40,017 nucleotides of DNA from Gammaproteobacteria bacterium (GTDB lineage Bacteria > Pseudomonadota > Gammaproteobacteria > Chromatiales > Chromatiaceae): positions 1 through 40,017 of the forward strand of contig JABDQZ010000065.1 in NCBI GenBank assembly GCA_013041975.1, given 5' to 3'. Shown piece by piece: positions 19,651-28,943 of this stretch. A model generated the notes under the pieces. The model was not told the origin of the DNA. It saw nothing but the letters and a program-made list of their open reading frames with translations, and ran no database searches. Within the stretch, counting starts at the first letter, position 1, and each line of letters opens with the position of its first letter. A program made the position numbers and the translations under genes.

Positions 19651-20661
19651 TCAGGAATAGCCCGTTACGAAAGAAAGTGAAGGATAATTGTGGATCAGCT
19701 TGGCCAGAGCTTCCAGTTCCGGGTAGACATCCCCCAGAAAATGGATATAGCCGACAGTTCTTGGAATATCGTTCAAATAGCCATTTTTGCCATCCCGGAT
19801 ATTCAGTCTTGCAAAGATTCCAGCGGCTTTCAAATGACGCTGCACCCCCATCAGGTCAAACCAACGTAAGAATTCTCCTTCTTCTTCGGGCTTTAATAAA
19901 CCTGCCTGAACACATTGCTGGCGATATTTTATGACCCAGTCAATAACTTTTTCCCTGGGCCACTCGATATAACAATCCTTAAGCAGTGATACAAGATCAT
20001 AGGTAATTGGCCCGTCAACAGCATCCTGAAAATCCAGAATCCCGGGAGCGGGCCCATGATCCGGTCTGGAAGGCATCATCAGGTTCCTGGAATGAAAATC
20101 TCTGTGAACACAGACCCGTGGCTGCCTCAATGCATTTGCAGCCAGCATTTCAAATGTTTCATCCAGTATGTGGTTTTCCTCATCAGACAACGCAATACCC
20201 AGATGTTTTTTCAACAGCCATTCACGAAACAGCTCCATTTCCTGCATGAGCAGTTTTTTATCATATTTTGGCAACTCCCCCGGATCACAGGATAACTGTA
20301 AAGTCTGCAATGCTGAAAGAGCGTCACCGTAGAGTTGGTCAACATTTGAACTATCCAGCTTATCCAGATACTGGATTGATCCGAGATCTTTCAGCAACAA
20401 AAATCCCTGGTCATGGTTTTCAGCGAGAATACTGGGTACATTCAGACCAATTTTCTCAAATTGACGTGCGACTCGCACAAAAGGCTCACAGTCTTCCTTG
20501 TCCGGAGGAGCATCCATTGCGATACGCGTACTGTTATCAGGCAGCGTAATACGAAAATATCGTCGAAAACTGGCATCGCCGCTGGCTGGTTCAATTTTAT
20601 AGTGTGTGAAACCGCAATCAGTTTGCAGCCAGTTTTCAAGCTGTTTTAGTCGTTTTGACAT
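19651..20661 (-). CDS. amgK: Aminoglycoside-phosphotransferase-fold kinase, AmgK-like (anomeric MurNAc/GlcNAc kinase)
   Basis: The 336-aa ORF carries ASGDASFRRYFRI near the N-terminus, a catalytic-loop-like VHRDFHSRNLM and ILDFQDA. Its position divergent from lptD matches amgK in Pseudomonas. Confidence 0.7.
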   Translation of the reverse strand: MSKRLKQLENWLQTDCGFTHYKIEPASGDASFRRYFRITLPDNSTRIAMDAPPDKEDCEPFVRVARQFEKIGLNVPSILAENHDQGFLLLKDLGSIQYLDKLDSSNVDQLYGDALSALQTLQLSCDPGELPKYDKKLLMQEMELFREWLLKKHLGIALSDEENHILDETFEMLAANALRQPRVCVHRDFHSRNLMMPSRPDHGPAPGILDFQDAVDGPITYDLVSLLKDCYIEWPREKVIDWVIKYRQQCVQAGLLKPEEEGEFLRWFDLMGVQRHLKAAGIFARLNIRDGKNGYLNDIPRTVGYIHFLGDVYPELEALAKLIHNYPSLSFVTGYS

Positions 20662-20817
20662 GAGTAATTCATTGAATATTGGATTCTCGCCTCAGCGATG
20701 ATGACGAAAGTGGAATGAATCAGGATATTCCTGACCCTATCTTACTTGATTTATGCATGGGTCGGAATCTTCAACAATAGAATTATTAGTGCAGAAAATT
20801 GAAATTACACCTGTTTT

Positions 20818-23580
20818 ATGAGATTTTACGCGATCTTAAAGCTATCGACAGATAACTGCCAGGCAACACCGGAAATAACGAGAACAATCGTGGACGCCAT
20901 AAAACGCAAAACCCTCACCGGGATCATCATTTCTTTTATCAGCCAGCCGATTATTGCTGCTGATTCCGAGTGGGAATGCCGCGTGAGTGCTGATGGCGCT
21001 AGCTGGGACTGCTACAAGGATGGCAACCTCGTGATGCAGCCCATGCCAGAACAAGCTGCACCGGTTATCAAACCTGCAACTGTCACGCCTGTTCCGGATA
21101 CAGACAAACTGTTTAGTGAAACCATTGCTGCAGAGCCTGAGCCGGTTACGACAGTTGGTGTAGTTTCTTCAGCAGATACTGCTGAAAAAGAACCGGTTAC
21201 CAAAAAAGCAACAACAACAGAAATCATCGATATGCGGCCCCAGCAAGAAGCTGTTGCCATAGAAACTCCTGCAGCTGTGCGTGAACCGGTTTCTCAGCCG
21301 GAAACCAGGCAGACTTCGACTACCAGCGCAGAACCTCCAAAATCTGCAGCCGAACCGCAGACAAAGGCAACCGTTGCCGAAACGCCAAAGCCAGAATCAG
21401 CCACACTAGCCACATCAGGTTATTGCTTCGCCAGGCGACCACAAAGAATTCAGCGCCCGGTTTCCAGTGATACCGACAAACCCACCACTGTGGATGCCGA
21501 TGATGCCGTTATGGATGAAAACACGGGCATCGCCAATTTTAGTGGTGATGTCGTTCTCATTGATAACGACCAGAAACTGGTTTCTGACCAACTGAAATAC
21601 AATACGAATACCGAGGACGTTGAAGCATCCGGAAACCTGTCTTACCAGCGTCCGGATATGTATTTTACCGGCGATTCCGCAACAATGAACCTGAACTCTG
21701 AAACAGGGCAGGTCATGGCTGCCACATACAAGATCCCTTCCAGCAACGCACGCGGTGAAACCGGCGAGCTGCATATGATGGGTAATGGCGTCACAGTATA
21801 CAAAGAGACTTCCTATACAACCTGCGACGAAGGCAATAATGACTGGGTATTCAACGCATCAGAAGTCAGGCTGGATGAAAACACCGGCGTTGGCACTGCT
21901 GAGCACATGAAACTGTATTTCATGGACACGCCTGTACTCTATCTGCCCTGGGCTACTTTCCCGATAGATGATCGTCGCAAATCCGGGTTCCTTACCCCAT
22001 CCATTGGCTCAAGTGACTCAACCGGGTTTGATCTCAGTGCTCCCTATTATTTAAATCTTGCGCCGAATTATGACGCAACCATAACACCCCGAATCATGAG
22101 CAAACGGGGCATTCAGCTCGGTGGAGAATTTCGATATCTCGATAGTAAGAACAACCTGGTGTTCTCCGGTGAGGCTCTTCCAGATGACGAAGAGTATACC
22201 GGTAACGATTCCCGTGGTGCCGCATCCCTGGTACACAGCATCAGCTTTAATAATCAACTCAGAGGTGCACTGAATCTGAACTATGTGTCTGACGATGACT
22301 ACCTGGAAGACCTGGGCGGCAGCCTGGCCGTGACAAGTACCCGTCATCTCAAGCGTGAGGCACTTCTGAATTACAACGGCGGCTGGTTTTCACTGAAGGG
22401 CCAGCTGCTTCAATACCAGACAATTGATAAAACCATCGCACCTGCAGATCAGCCCTATAAACTGCTGCCGCGCGTGAGTTTCAATACCAGCCGGGAAATC
22501 ATTGAAGATATCTACCTTGATGTTCCAGTGCAGTACACCAACTTTGATCATTCTCTAACAGTTGATGGCAGCCGTTTTGATTTAAACCCGTCGCTGAGCT
22601 ATCTCTGGAACCGCTCATGGGGATTTTTAAAGCCAAAAGCCTCCCTGCGTTACACTACCTATGAACTGGAAAACCGCGCCCCCGGATTAAGCAGCTCTGT
22701 TGACCGTACCACTACCACGTTCAGCCTTGACAGTGGACTCATATTTGAGCGCCCCGCCTCCTGGTTTGGTAAAAGCACCACTCAAACCCTTGAACCAAGG
22801 GCATTTTACGTCTATACCCCGGAAGAAAATCAGGATGATATCCCGTTGTTTGATACCGGAACTTATAATTTCGGCGTTGGCAGCCTGTTCAGGGAAAACC
22901 GTTTCTCAGGACCGGACAGGGTAGGCGATACCAATCAGCTGACGCTTGCAGTGAGCAGCCGTTTTCTTGCCGAGCAAACTGCACAGCAATACCTGGCTGT
23001 AACGCTTGGACAGATATTCTATTTCGAAGACCGTGAAATCGGCAATGTATCGTATTACGAAGACAGCACAACCCAAACATCAACCACGACGGCTCTGAGC
23101 AATGACACTTCTTCGTATGTTGCAACACTGGAAAGCAGGCCTTTTCAATACTGGACTTTTGATGCCGGCCTTCAGTGGGACTCTGACCTGATCGATGATA
23201 TGGAAAAATCATTTGCACGCGTCAGATACCTGGATAATGAAAGACACCTGTTTTCAGCTCGCTACCAGTACGATAGTGCCAATAATGAATTCACCAAGCT
23301 ATCTGCTTACTGGCCGGTAGCCGATAATACTACGCTCGTCGGACATTCCTATTATTCCATTGACCAGGACCGCTCTGTCGAATCCGTTCTTGGCATTGAG
23401 CATGGCAGCAGTTGCTGCTGGCGCTTCAGGGCGCTGGTCAGAGATTACCAGGCCAATGCTTCTGACGAAAATAACCTGAGTTTCATGCTACAGCTGGAGC
23501 TAAGAGGTTTCACCAGCTTTGGAGATGATGTAGATGCCTACCTTGAAGAAACCATTGAAGGCTTTGTACGCGAAAAATAA
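20818..23580 (+). CDS. lptD: LPS-assembly outer-membrane protein LptD
   Basis: The 920-aa ORF has an OstA/LptA-like N-domain (ADDAVMDENTGIANFSGDVVL) and a long beta-barrel region. A conserved CC pair lies near the C-terminus (GSSCCWRF). ATG 20818 gives an odd 25-aa pre-sequence. GTG 20890 (VDAIKRKTLTGIIISFISQPIIAA) would give a normal signal peptide. Confidence 0.9.
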   Translation: MRFYAILKLSTDNCQATPEITRTIVDAIKRKTLTGIIISFISQPIIAADSEWECRVSADGASWDCYKDGNLVMQPMPEQAAPVIKPATVTPVPDTDKLFSETIAAEPEPVTTVGVVSSADTAEKEPVTKKATTTEIIDMRPQQEAVAIETPAAVREPVSQPETRQTSTTSAEPPKSAAEPQTKATVAETPKPESATLATSGYCFARRPQRIQRPVSSDTDKPTTVDADDAVMDENTGIANFSGDVVLIDNDQKLVSDQLKYNTNTEDVEASGNLSYQRPDMYFTGDSATMNLNSETGQVMAATYKIPSSNARGETGELHMMGNGVTVYKETSYTTCDEGNNDWVFNASEVRLDENTGVGTAEHMKLYFMDTPVLYLPWATFPIDDRRKSGFLTPSIGSSDSTGFDLSAPYYLNLAPNYDATITPRIMSKRGIQLGGEFRYLDSKNNLVFSGEALPDDEEYTGNDSRGAASLVHSISFNNQLRGALNLNYVSDDDYLEDLGGSLAVTSTRHLKREALLNYNGGWFSLKGQLLQYQTIDKTIAPADQPYKLLPRVSFNTSREIIEDIYLDVPVQYTNFDHSLTVDGSRFDLNPSLSYLWNRSWGFLKPKASLRYTTYELENRAPGLSSSVDRTTTTFSLDSGLIFERPASWFGKSTTQTLEPRAFYVYTPEENQDDIPLFDTGTYNFGVGSLFRENRFSGPDRVGDTNQLTLAVSSRFLAEQTAQQYLAVTLGQIFYFEDREIGNVSYYEDSTTQTSTTTALSNDTSSYVATLESRPFQYWTFDAGLQWDSDLIDDMEKSFARVRYLDNERHLFSARYQYDSANNEFTKLSAYWPVADNTTLVGHSYYSIDQDRSVESVLGIEHGSSCCWRFRALVRDYQANASDENNLSFMLQLELRGFTSFGDDVDAYLEETIEGFVREK

Positions 23581-23586
23581 GCCATT

Positions 23587-24894
23587 ATGCACGTATTAAA
23601 ACACCTTTTAGCTGTTATATTTTCAGCACTCATATTATCCACTCACGTTCATTCGGTTGCGCTATCCGATGGCATTGAAGTCGACCATATTGTTGCCATC
23701 GTCAATGACGATCTGATCACACGCAATGAACTGGACAAAGAGATTAACAAAATACTTGCCCGGCTCAGTCAGGCCGGACAGCAGGTTCCACCAATAACCG
23801 CTGTAGAAAAGCAGGTACTCGACAAACTGATCGAACAGCGCCTGCAAATCGGCAAAGCCAAAAGTCTGGGCATCAATGTTACACCCGACATGCTGGCAAC
23901 CATGATTGGTAACATTGCCAAAAATAACGGCCTGACATTATCCGAACTTCGAGCCTCTCTGGCTGCAGAGGGCCTAAGCTTCGAGACTTTTCGAAATCAG
24001 ATTGAACAACAGATTCTGTTATCCCGTCTTAAAAACCAGGAAATCATTAACAAGATCAATGTCTCTGATGCTGAAGTCGACAGCCTGCTCAAACAGGACA
24101 AACAGATTGGCAGAAAAAACATCCAGTATCTGATTCAGCATATTTTGATCGGTTTGCCGGAAGGCGCCTCACCGGCTGAAATCGGAACAGCACGTGAAAA
24201 GGCCATTTCAATTGTTCAACAACTGAAAGAAGGTGCTGACTTTGCCAAGCTCGCCCTGTTACATTCCAATGGCCGCAATGCCCTGGAGGGCGGCAGCCTG
24301 GGCTGGCTTAAAAACAACCAGTTACCATCCGTGTTTGGTGACATTGTTGCGAGCATGTCAAAGGGAGATATCAGCCCTCCTCTAAGAAGCTCCAGTGGCT
24401 ACCATATTATCAAGCTCACCGATATGAAGGGTAACAAGCAACAGTTTATTACCCAGACAAAGGCCCGGCACATTCTTATCAACACCAGTGAAATGGTGTC
24501 AGATGAAGACGCCCTCACACGTCTGGAACAGCTTTATCTTCGTATTGAAGGTGGCGATGATTTTGCCCGACTCGCTCGCTCACATTCCGATGACAAAGGC
24601 TCTGCCATCAAGGGGGGAGAGCTTGGCTGGGTCAGCCCGGGTAGCGTTGTCAAAAAGTTTCAGTCTGAAATGGACAAACTTAAGCCAGGTGAACTGAGCA
24701 AGCCTTTTCGAACTGAATTTGGCTGGCATATCGTACAGGTGCTGGAAAACAGACAACATGATAACTCCGAGCAAATACTGCGTTCCGAAGCCAGAAAAAT
24801 CATTACTGAACGTAAAGCCAAGGATGCAGCAGATCTCTATTTGCGTCGCCTGCGTGACGAAGCCTATATTGAAATCCGTTTGTCTGAAGAATAA
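23587..24894 (+). CDS. surA: Periplasmic chaperone / peptidyl-prolyl isomerase SurA
   Basis: The 435-aa ORF has a signal peptide, a SurA N-domain (IVAIVNDDLITRNEL) and two parvulin domains (GGSLGWLK, GGELGWVSPG). It follows lptD. Confidence 0.9.
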   Translation: MHVLKHLLAVIFSALILSTHVHSVALSDGIEVDHIVAIVNDDLITRNELDKEINKILARLSQAGQQVPPITAVEKQVLDKLIEQRLQIGKAKSLGINVTPDMLATMIGNIAKNNGLTLSELRASLAAEGLSFETFRNQIEQQILLSRLKNQEIINKINVSDAEVDSLLKQDKQIGRKNIQYLIQHILIGLPEGASPAEIGTAREKAISIVQQLKEGADFAKLALLHSNGRNALEGGSLGWLKNNQLPSVFGDIVASMSKGDISPPLRSSSGYHIIKLTDMKGNKQQFITQTKARHILINTSEMVSDEDALTRLEQLYLRIEGGDDFARLARSHSDDKGSAIKGGELGWVSPGSVVKKFQSEMDKLKPGELSKPFRTEFGWHIVQVLENRQHDNSEQILRSEARKIITERKAKDAADLYLRRLRDEAYIEIRLSEE

Positions 24895-24897
24895 ATC

Positions 24898-25893
24898 TTG
24901 GCTTCTGAGCACACCCCTGTTCTGGCATTGACACCAGGAGAACCTGCCGGTATCGGCCCTGACCTGTGTCTGCAGACAGCCCCCGGTATTTCTGAAGCCA
25001 GGCTCATTATTTTCGCTGACCCCGGATTGCTTGAAGAACGCCGACAGCTGCTTGGTATCCAGGCTGAAATCAACCCACTGTCTTTTAAACAGATTCACAC
25101 GAAATATGTACCCGGAGCGGTTAATGTTGTCCCTGTGGATCTGGTCGCCAAAACACAACCCGGCGAATTAAACAAAGACAATGCCAGCTATGTTCTCAGC
25201 ACCCTTAGAGCCGCCGTTCAGGCCTGTATAGCAGGCTATTGCGATGCATTGGTTACTGCACCTGTACACAAAGGCATCATCAATGATGCTGGAATCAGCT
25301 TCAGTGGACATACTGAATTTTTAGCTGAAATGACAGGTGGTGACCCGGTGATGATGCTTGCCTGCCCCGGGCTACGGGTTGCGTTGGCCACTACACATCT
25401 GCCCTTAAAGGATATCAGTGCTGCAATAACAACAGGCACGATAGAAAAAGTTGTCAGAGCCACACATCATGATCTGAAAAGTCGTTTTGGTATTGCGCAA
25501 CCGGCCATTTATGTCTGCGGCCTGAATCCACACGCCGGCGAAAATGGTCACCTGGGAATGGAAGAAATCGAAACCATCATTCCAACACTGGAAAAACTGC
25601 GTACTGAAGGGATTCATCTCATCGGCCCATTGCCCGCTGATACCATTTTTACCCCTAAATACATGCAACAGGCCGATGTGATTCTCGCCATGTATCACGA
25701 CCAGGGATTGCCGGTTTTGAAACATATGGGTTTTGGCCAGGCGGTTAATATCACTCTGGGCCTGCCACTGATTCGCACATCCGTAGATCATGGTACGGCA
25801 CTTGAACTGGCTGGTAGCGGAAGAGCAGATAACGGCAGTCTGAAAATGGCGATTGATACCGCAATTGAGATGGTTCGCAACAGCAAGCCCTAG
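24898..25893 (+). CDS. pdxA: 4-hydroxythreonine-4-phosphate dehydrogenase
   Basis: The 331-aa ORF carries LTPGEPAGIGPD, GHTEFLA, NPHAGENGHLG and IRTSVDHGTA. The TTG start lies 3 nt after the surA stop. Confidence 0.93.
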   Translation: MASEHTPVLALTPGEPAGIGPDLCLQTAPGISEARLIIFADPGLLEERRQLLGIQAEINPLSFKQIHTKYVPGAVNVVPVDLVAKTQPGELNKDNASYVLSTLRAAVQACIAGYCDALVTAPVHKGIINDAGISFSGHTEFLAEMTGGDPVMMLACPGLRVALATTHLPLKDISAAITTGTIEKVVRATHHDLKSRFGIAQPAIYVCGLNPHAGENGHLGMEEIETIIPTLEKLRTEGIHLIGPLPADTIFTPKYMQQADVILAMYHDQGLPVLKHMGFGQAVNITLGLPLIRTSVDHGTALELAGSGRADNGSLKMAIDTAIEMVRNSKP

Positions 25894-25897
25894 ATTG

Positions 25898-26356
25898 CTA
25901 TTCTTTTTTCTCAGCCGCCACAGCCCCTGCTTCAGTCAGCTTTTCACCGATTTTTTCGTTACCCGCCCGCGTGGCTTTTTCCAGTGCTCCATCCCCGGCT
26001 CCATTCTTGAGATTGACATCAGCGCCTGAAATAACCAGTTGATTGACGATTTCAGCATAGCCAAATGCAGCCGCTTCCATTAAAGCTGAATTGCCCTGTT
26101 TATCAACCACATTCACATCAGCCCCTGCTGCTATAAGTGCCTGCACCGTACGTCGATTACCGGTAGCCGCTGCCAGCACCAGCAAGGGTCTTTCAGCGGA
26201 ATTTTTAGTGTTTACATCAGCTCCCTGTACGACGAGATCACGTACAACCGAGACTTTGCCCGCCATCACTGCTGCCGTCAGTTGCGTATTCAAATCCATC
26301 GCATTGGCCGAAAAAACGCCCAGCAACAAACCTAAAAATATGATTTTCTTCATCAA
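25898..26356 (-). CDS. Secreted ankyrin-repeat protein
   Basis: The 152-aa ORF has a signal peptide (MMKKIIFLGLLLGVFSANA). Three to four ANK repeats follow, each ending in GADVN (LVVQGADVNTKN, LIAAGADVNVVDKQGNSALMEAA, LVISGADVNLKN). Confidence 0.8.
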   Translation of the reverse strand: MMKKIIFLGLLLGVFSANAMDLNTQLTAAVMAGKVSVVRDLVVQGADVNTKNSAERPLLVLAAATGNRRTVQALIAAGADVNVVDKQGNSALMEAAAFGYAEIVNQLVISGADVNLKNGAGDGALEKATRAGNEKIGEKLTEAGAVAAEKKE

Positions 26357-26494
26357 TTTTTCACCTACCCCTTCCGCGGCTTAAATCATTTCAGCCCATA
26401 ACCATTCTAGCGGCATCTCGCTGAAAAACTGAACGATTGATGCATTAAGTAAATGTTGCTTGAAAATTGCCTAGAGCATGTTAGCGTATTTGCC

Positions 26495-26872
26495 ATGAAC
26501 GAAAAAAACCAGATTGATATTGAGGTGAAAACTGCTTTTCTGGCTGATCAGTCAGAAACAGACAATGAACGTTTTGTGTTTTCCTACACTATAACGATAC
26601 ATAACAGCGGCGCTCAACCGGCGAAATTACTTAATCGACACTGGATCATCACTGATGCCAATGGCAAGACCCAGGAAGTCCGTGGTGAAGGTGTCGTTGG
26701 ACAACAGCCTTATATTAAGCCCGGTGAAAGCTACCAGTACACCAGCGGCACAGTGCTGGAAACACCGGTTGGCAGCATGCAGGGCGAATATGAAATGACA
26801 ACCAATGAAGGCGAACGTTTTGTCGCGCCCGTTGCCCCTTTCTCACTGGCTCAACCGCGCACACTTCACTAA
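26495..26872 (+). CDS. apaG: ApaG (DUF525) protein
   Basis: ERFVFSYTITIHN...HWIITDANGKTQEVRGEGVVGQQP...GESYQYTSG...GSMQGEYEM aligns colinearly with 125-aa E. coli ApaG. I place the start at the internal ATG 26495 rather than ORF-track 26453. Confidence 0.85.
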   Translation: MNEKNQIDIEVKTAFLADQSETDNERFVFSYTITIHNSGAQPAKLLNRHWIITDANGKTQEVRGEGVVGQQPYIKPGESYQYTSGTVLETPVGSMQGEYEMTTNEGERFVAPVAPFSLAQPRTLH

Positions 26873-26878
26873 CGCATC

Positions 26879-27712
26879 ATGAGCACATTCGTCATTGGCG
26901 ATATTCAGGGATGCTTTTCTGAACTTGAACAACTGCTTGAAAAAATAGCCTTTGACAGCACTGCGGATAAACTCCTGTTTGCCGGCGACCTGGTCAACCG
27001 CGGACCTGATTCCCTCTCGACCTTGCGCTTTGTAAAAAGCCTTGGAGATAGCGCAGATTCCGTTCTGGGTAACCATGACCTGCACCTTCTGGCTATTTGG
27101 CAAGGTAATGCTTCTCACGCATCAGGCAATAGTCTTGATCCTATAATACAGGCCCCTGACAGCAATGAACTTCTCGAGTGGTTGCGACACCGTCCTTTGT
27201 TGATTCATGTTGAGGAATCCGAGAGCACAATTATCCATGCCGGACTGCCTCCACAATGGACATTGCAGGATGCCAAAAACCATGCGTCGCAACTTGAATC
27301 GGTGTTAAGAGGCGATGGTTTCCATGATTTTTGCATCAATATGTATGGCAACAAGCCTAAAAAATGGCATGACAACCTTGAAGGCATGGATAGACTAAGG
27401 TTCATTACCAATTGCTTTACACGCTTACGGTATTGTACTGAAAAAGACAAACTCAACCTGAAAGACAAGGGTGCTCCGGGTACTCAAAAAACAGGCAGCA
27501 TTCCGTGGTTTGATGTTGAACACCGGAAAACCCGTGATAACCAAATCTTTTTCGGCCACTGGTCTACGCTGGGGTTTTTAAACCGTAATAACGCCTGGTC
27601 GCTTGATACGGGTTGCCTTTGGGGAGGACAATTAACCGCCATCAGACTGGAAGATCTGAAGGTTTTTCAGCTTGAATGCGAAGCCTCCCACAATCCAATG
27701 TCTTTCAGTTAA
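26879..27712 (+). CDS. apaH: Symmetrical bis(5'-nucleosyl)-tetraphosphatase
   Basis: The 277-aa ORF carries metallophosphatase motifs GDIQGC, GDLVNRGPDS, GNHD and FGHW. It follows apaG. Confidence 0.9.
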   Translation: MSTFVIGDIQGCFSELEQLLEKIAFDSTADKLLFAGDLVNRGPDSLSTLRFVKSLGDSADSVLGNHDLHLLAIWQGNASHASGNSLDPIIQAPDSNELLEWLRHRPLLIHVEESESTIIHAGLPPQWTLQDAKNHASQLESVLRGDGFHDFCINMYGNKPKKWHDNLEGMDRLRFITNCFTRLRYCTEKDKLNLKDKGAPGTQKTGSIPWFDVEHRKTRDNQIFFGHWSTLGFLNRNNAWSLDTGCLWGGQLTAIRLEDLKVFQLECEASHNPMSFS

Positions 27713-27728
27713 TTCATAGGAGAAAATT

Positions 27729-28517
27729 ATGCGCTGCCATGAAGTGGATTACGATATCAAAGGCTCGGAAATGCAACTGGTTGAAATCGAACTGGATCCG
27801 GGAGAAACGGTGATCGCGGAAGCTGGTGCCATGACCTATATGGAGCAGGGCATCGACTTTGAAACAAAAATGGGCGACGGATCAAACCCGGATGAAGGCA
27901 TTTTTGGCAAAATGTTTTCTGCTGGAAAGCGCATGATTACCGGTGAATCCATTTTCACCACCCACTTCAGCAATCATGGCAACGGTAAATCCCGTGTCGC
28001 ATTTGCCGCTCCCTACCCCGGTAATATTGTAGCCCTCAACATGGCTGACATGGGTGAAAAGATCGTCTGCCAGAAAGATGCTTTCCTGTGCGCTGCGCTT
28101 GGCACTAAAGTTGATATTACTTTCAATCGTCGACTGGGTAGCGGCCTGTTCGGTGGTGAAGGCTTTATTCTGCAAAAACTTGAGGGCGATGGCATGGCTT
28201 TCATCCAGGCTGGCGGCACCGTTATCGAAAAAACACTGAATGGTGAGACCTTGCGCGTCGATACGGGTTGCCTGGTCGGTTTCACACAGGGTATTGACTA
28301 CGACATTCAAAGAGCTGGCGGCCTTAAATCAATGGTATTTGGTGGTGAAGGATTGTTTCTGGCCACGCTAAGCGGACAGGGAAAAATCTGGCTACAAAGC
28401 CTGCCATTCTCTCGTATGGCCGATCGAATTCTTGCCAATGCCGCGGGAAGCGGAGGCTCTGACAAGGGTGAAGGTTCAGTACTCGGCGGCATCGGCCGAG
28501 TCCTTGATGGAGACTAG
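27729..28517 (+). CDS. AIM24 / TIGR00266-family protein (function unknown)
   Basis: The 262-aa ORF has an N-terminus [32 protein letters not shown] typical of the family, plus [14 protein letters not shown] and [12 protein letters not shown] repeats. AGGAGA SD lies upstream, 16 nt after apaH. Confidence 0.75.
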   Translation: MRCHEVDYDIKGSEMQLVEIELDPGETVIAEAGAMTYMEQGIDFETKMGDGSNPDEGIFGKMFSAGKRMITGESIFTTHFSNHGNGKSRVAFAAPYPGNIVALNMADMGEKIVCQKDAFLCAALGTKVDITFNRRLGSGLFGGEGFILQKLEGDGMAFIQAGGTVIEKTLNGETLRVDTGCLVGFTQGIDYDIQRAGGLKSMVFGGEGLFLATLSGQGKIWLQSLPFSRMADRILANAAGSGGSDKGEGSVLGGIGRVLDGD

Positions 28518-28943
28518 TTAGTTCACACCCCGAAGATTTTCCCAATCCGAGATCGGCGGGTGATGAATAATCTGCACCACGGTACCGTCAGGATCGTAGC
28601 AGTAAAAACTTCTTGCCCCGTCTCTGTGGGTACGGGGCTCTGTTCTCATTTGCACATCATGTGAAGCAAGCCATTCAAACCAGTGATCCACATCTTCCCC
28701 AGTCTCCACAAAAACACCAATATGATCCAGACGCTGAGCTGCTTCATTTCTCGGTATTGACGCATCAGCCTGATGCAGGGCCAGATTGTCACTGCCGGAA
28801 GTCAGATAGATATTCTGATCATCCGGCTCCCACTCGACCTGCATACCCAGCAGTTCCGTGTAAAACTGCAAACAGGCTTTCATGTCGCGAACATAAAGTG
28901 CAACATGGCGCATACCATAGCCTATAGAAGGACGACCACTCAT
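28518..28943 (-). CDS. VOC-family (glyoxalase/bleomycin-resistance/dioxygenase fold) protein
   Basis: The 141-aa ORF carries MRHVALYVRDMKACLQFYTELLGM, LDHIGVFV and FYCYDPDGTVVQI, typical of paired beta-alpha-beta-beta-beta modules. It overlaps the upstream osmC-like gene by 4 nt. Confidence 0.75.
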   Translation of the reverse strand: MSGRPSIGYGMRHVALYVRDMKACLQFYTELLGMQVEWEPDDQNIYLTSGSDNLALHQADASIPRNEAAQRLDHIGVFVETGEDVDHWFEWLASHDVQMRTEPRTHRDGARSFYCYDPDGTVVQIIHHPPISDWENLRGVN

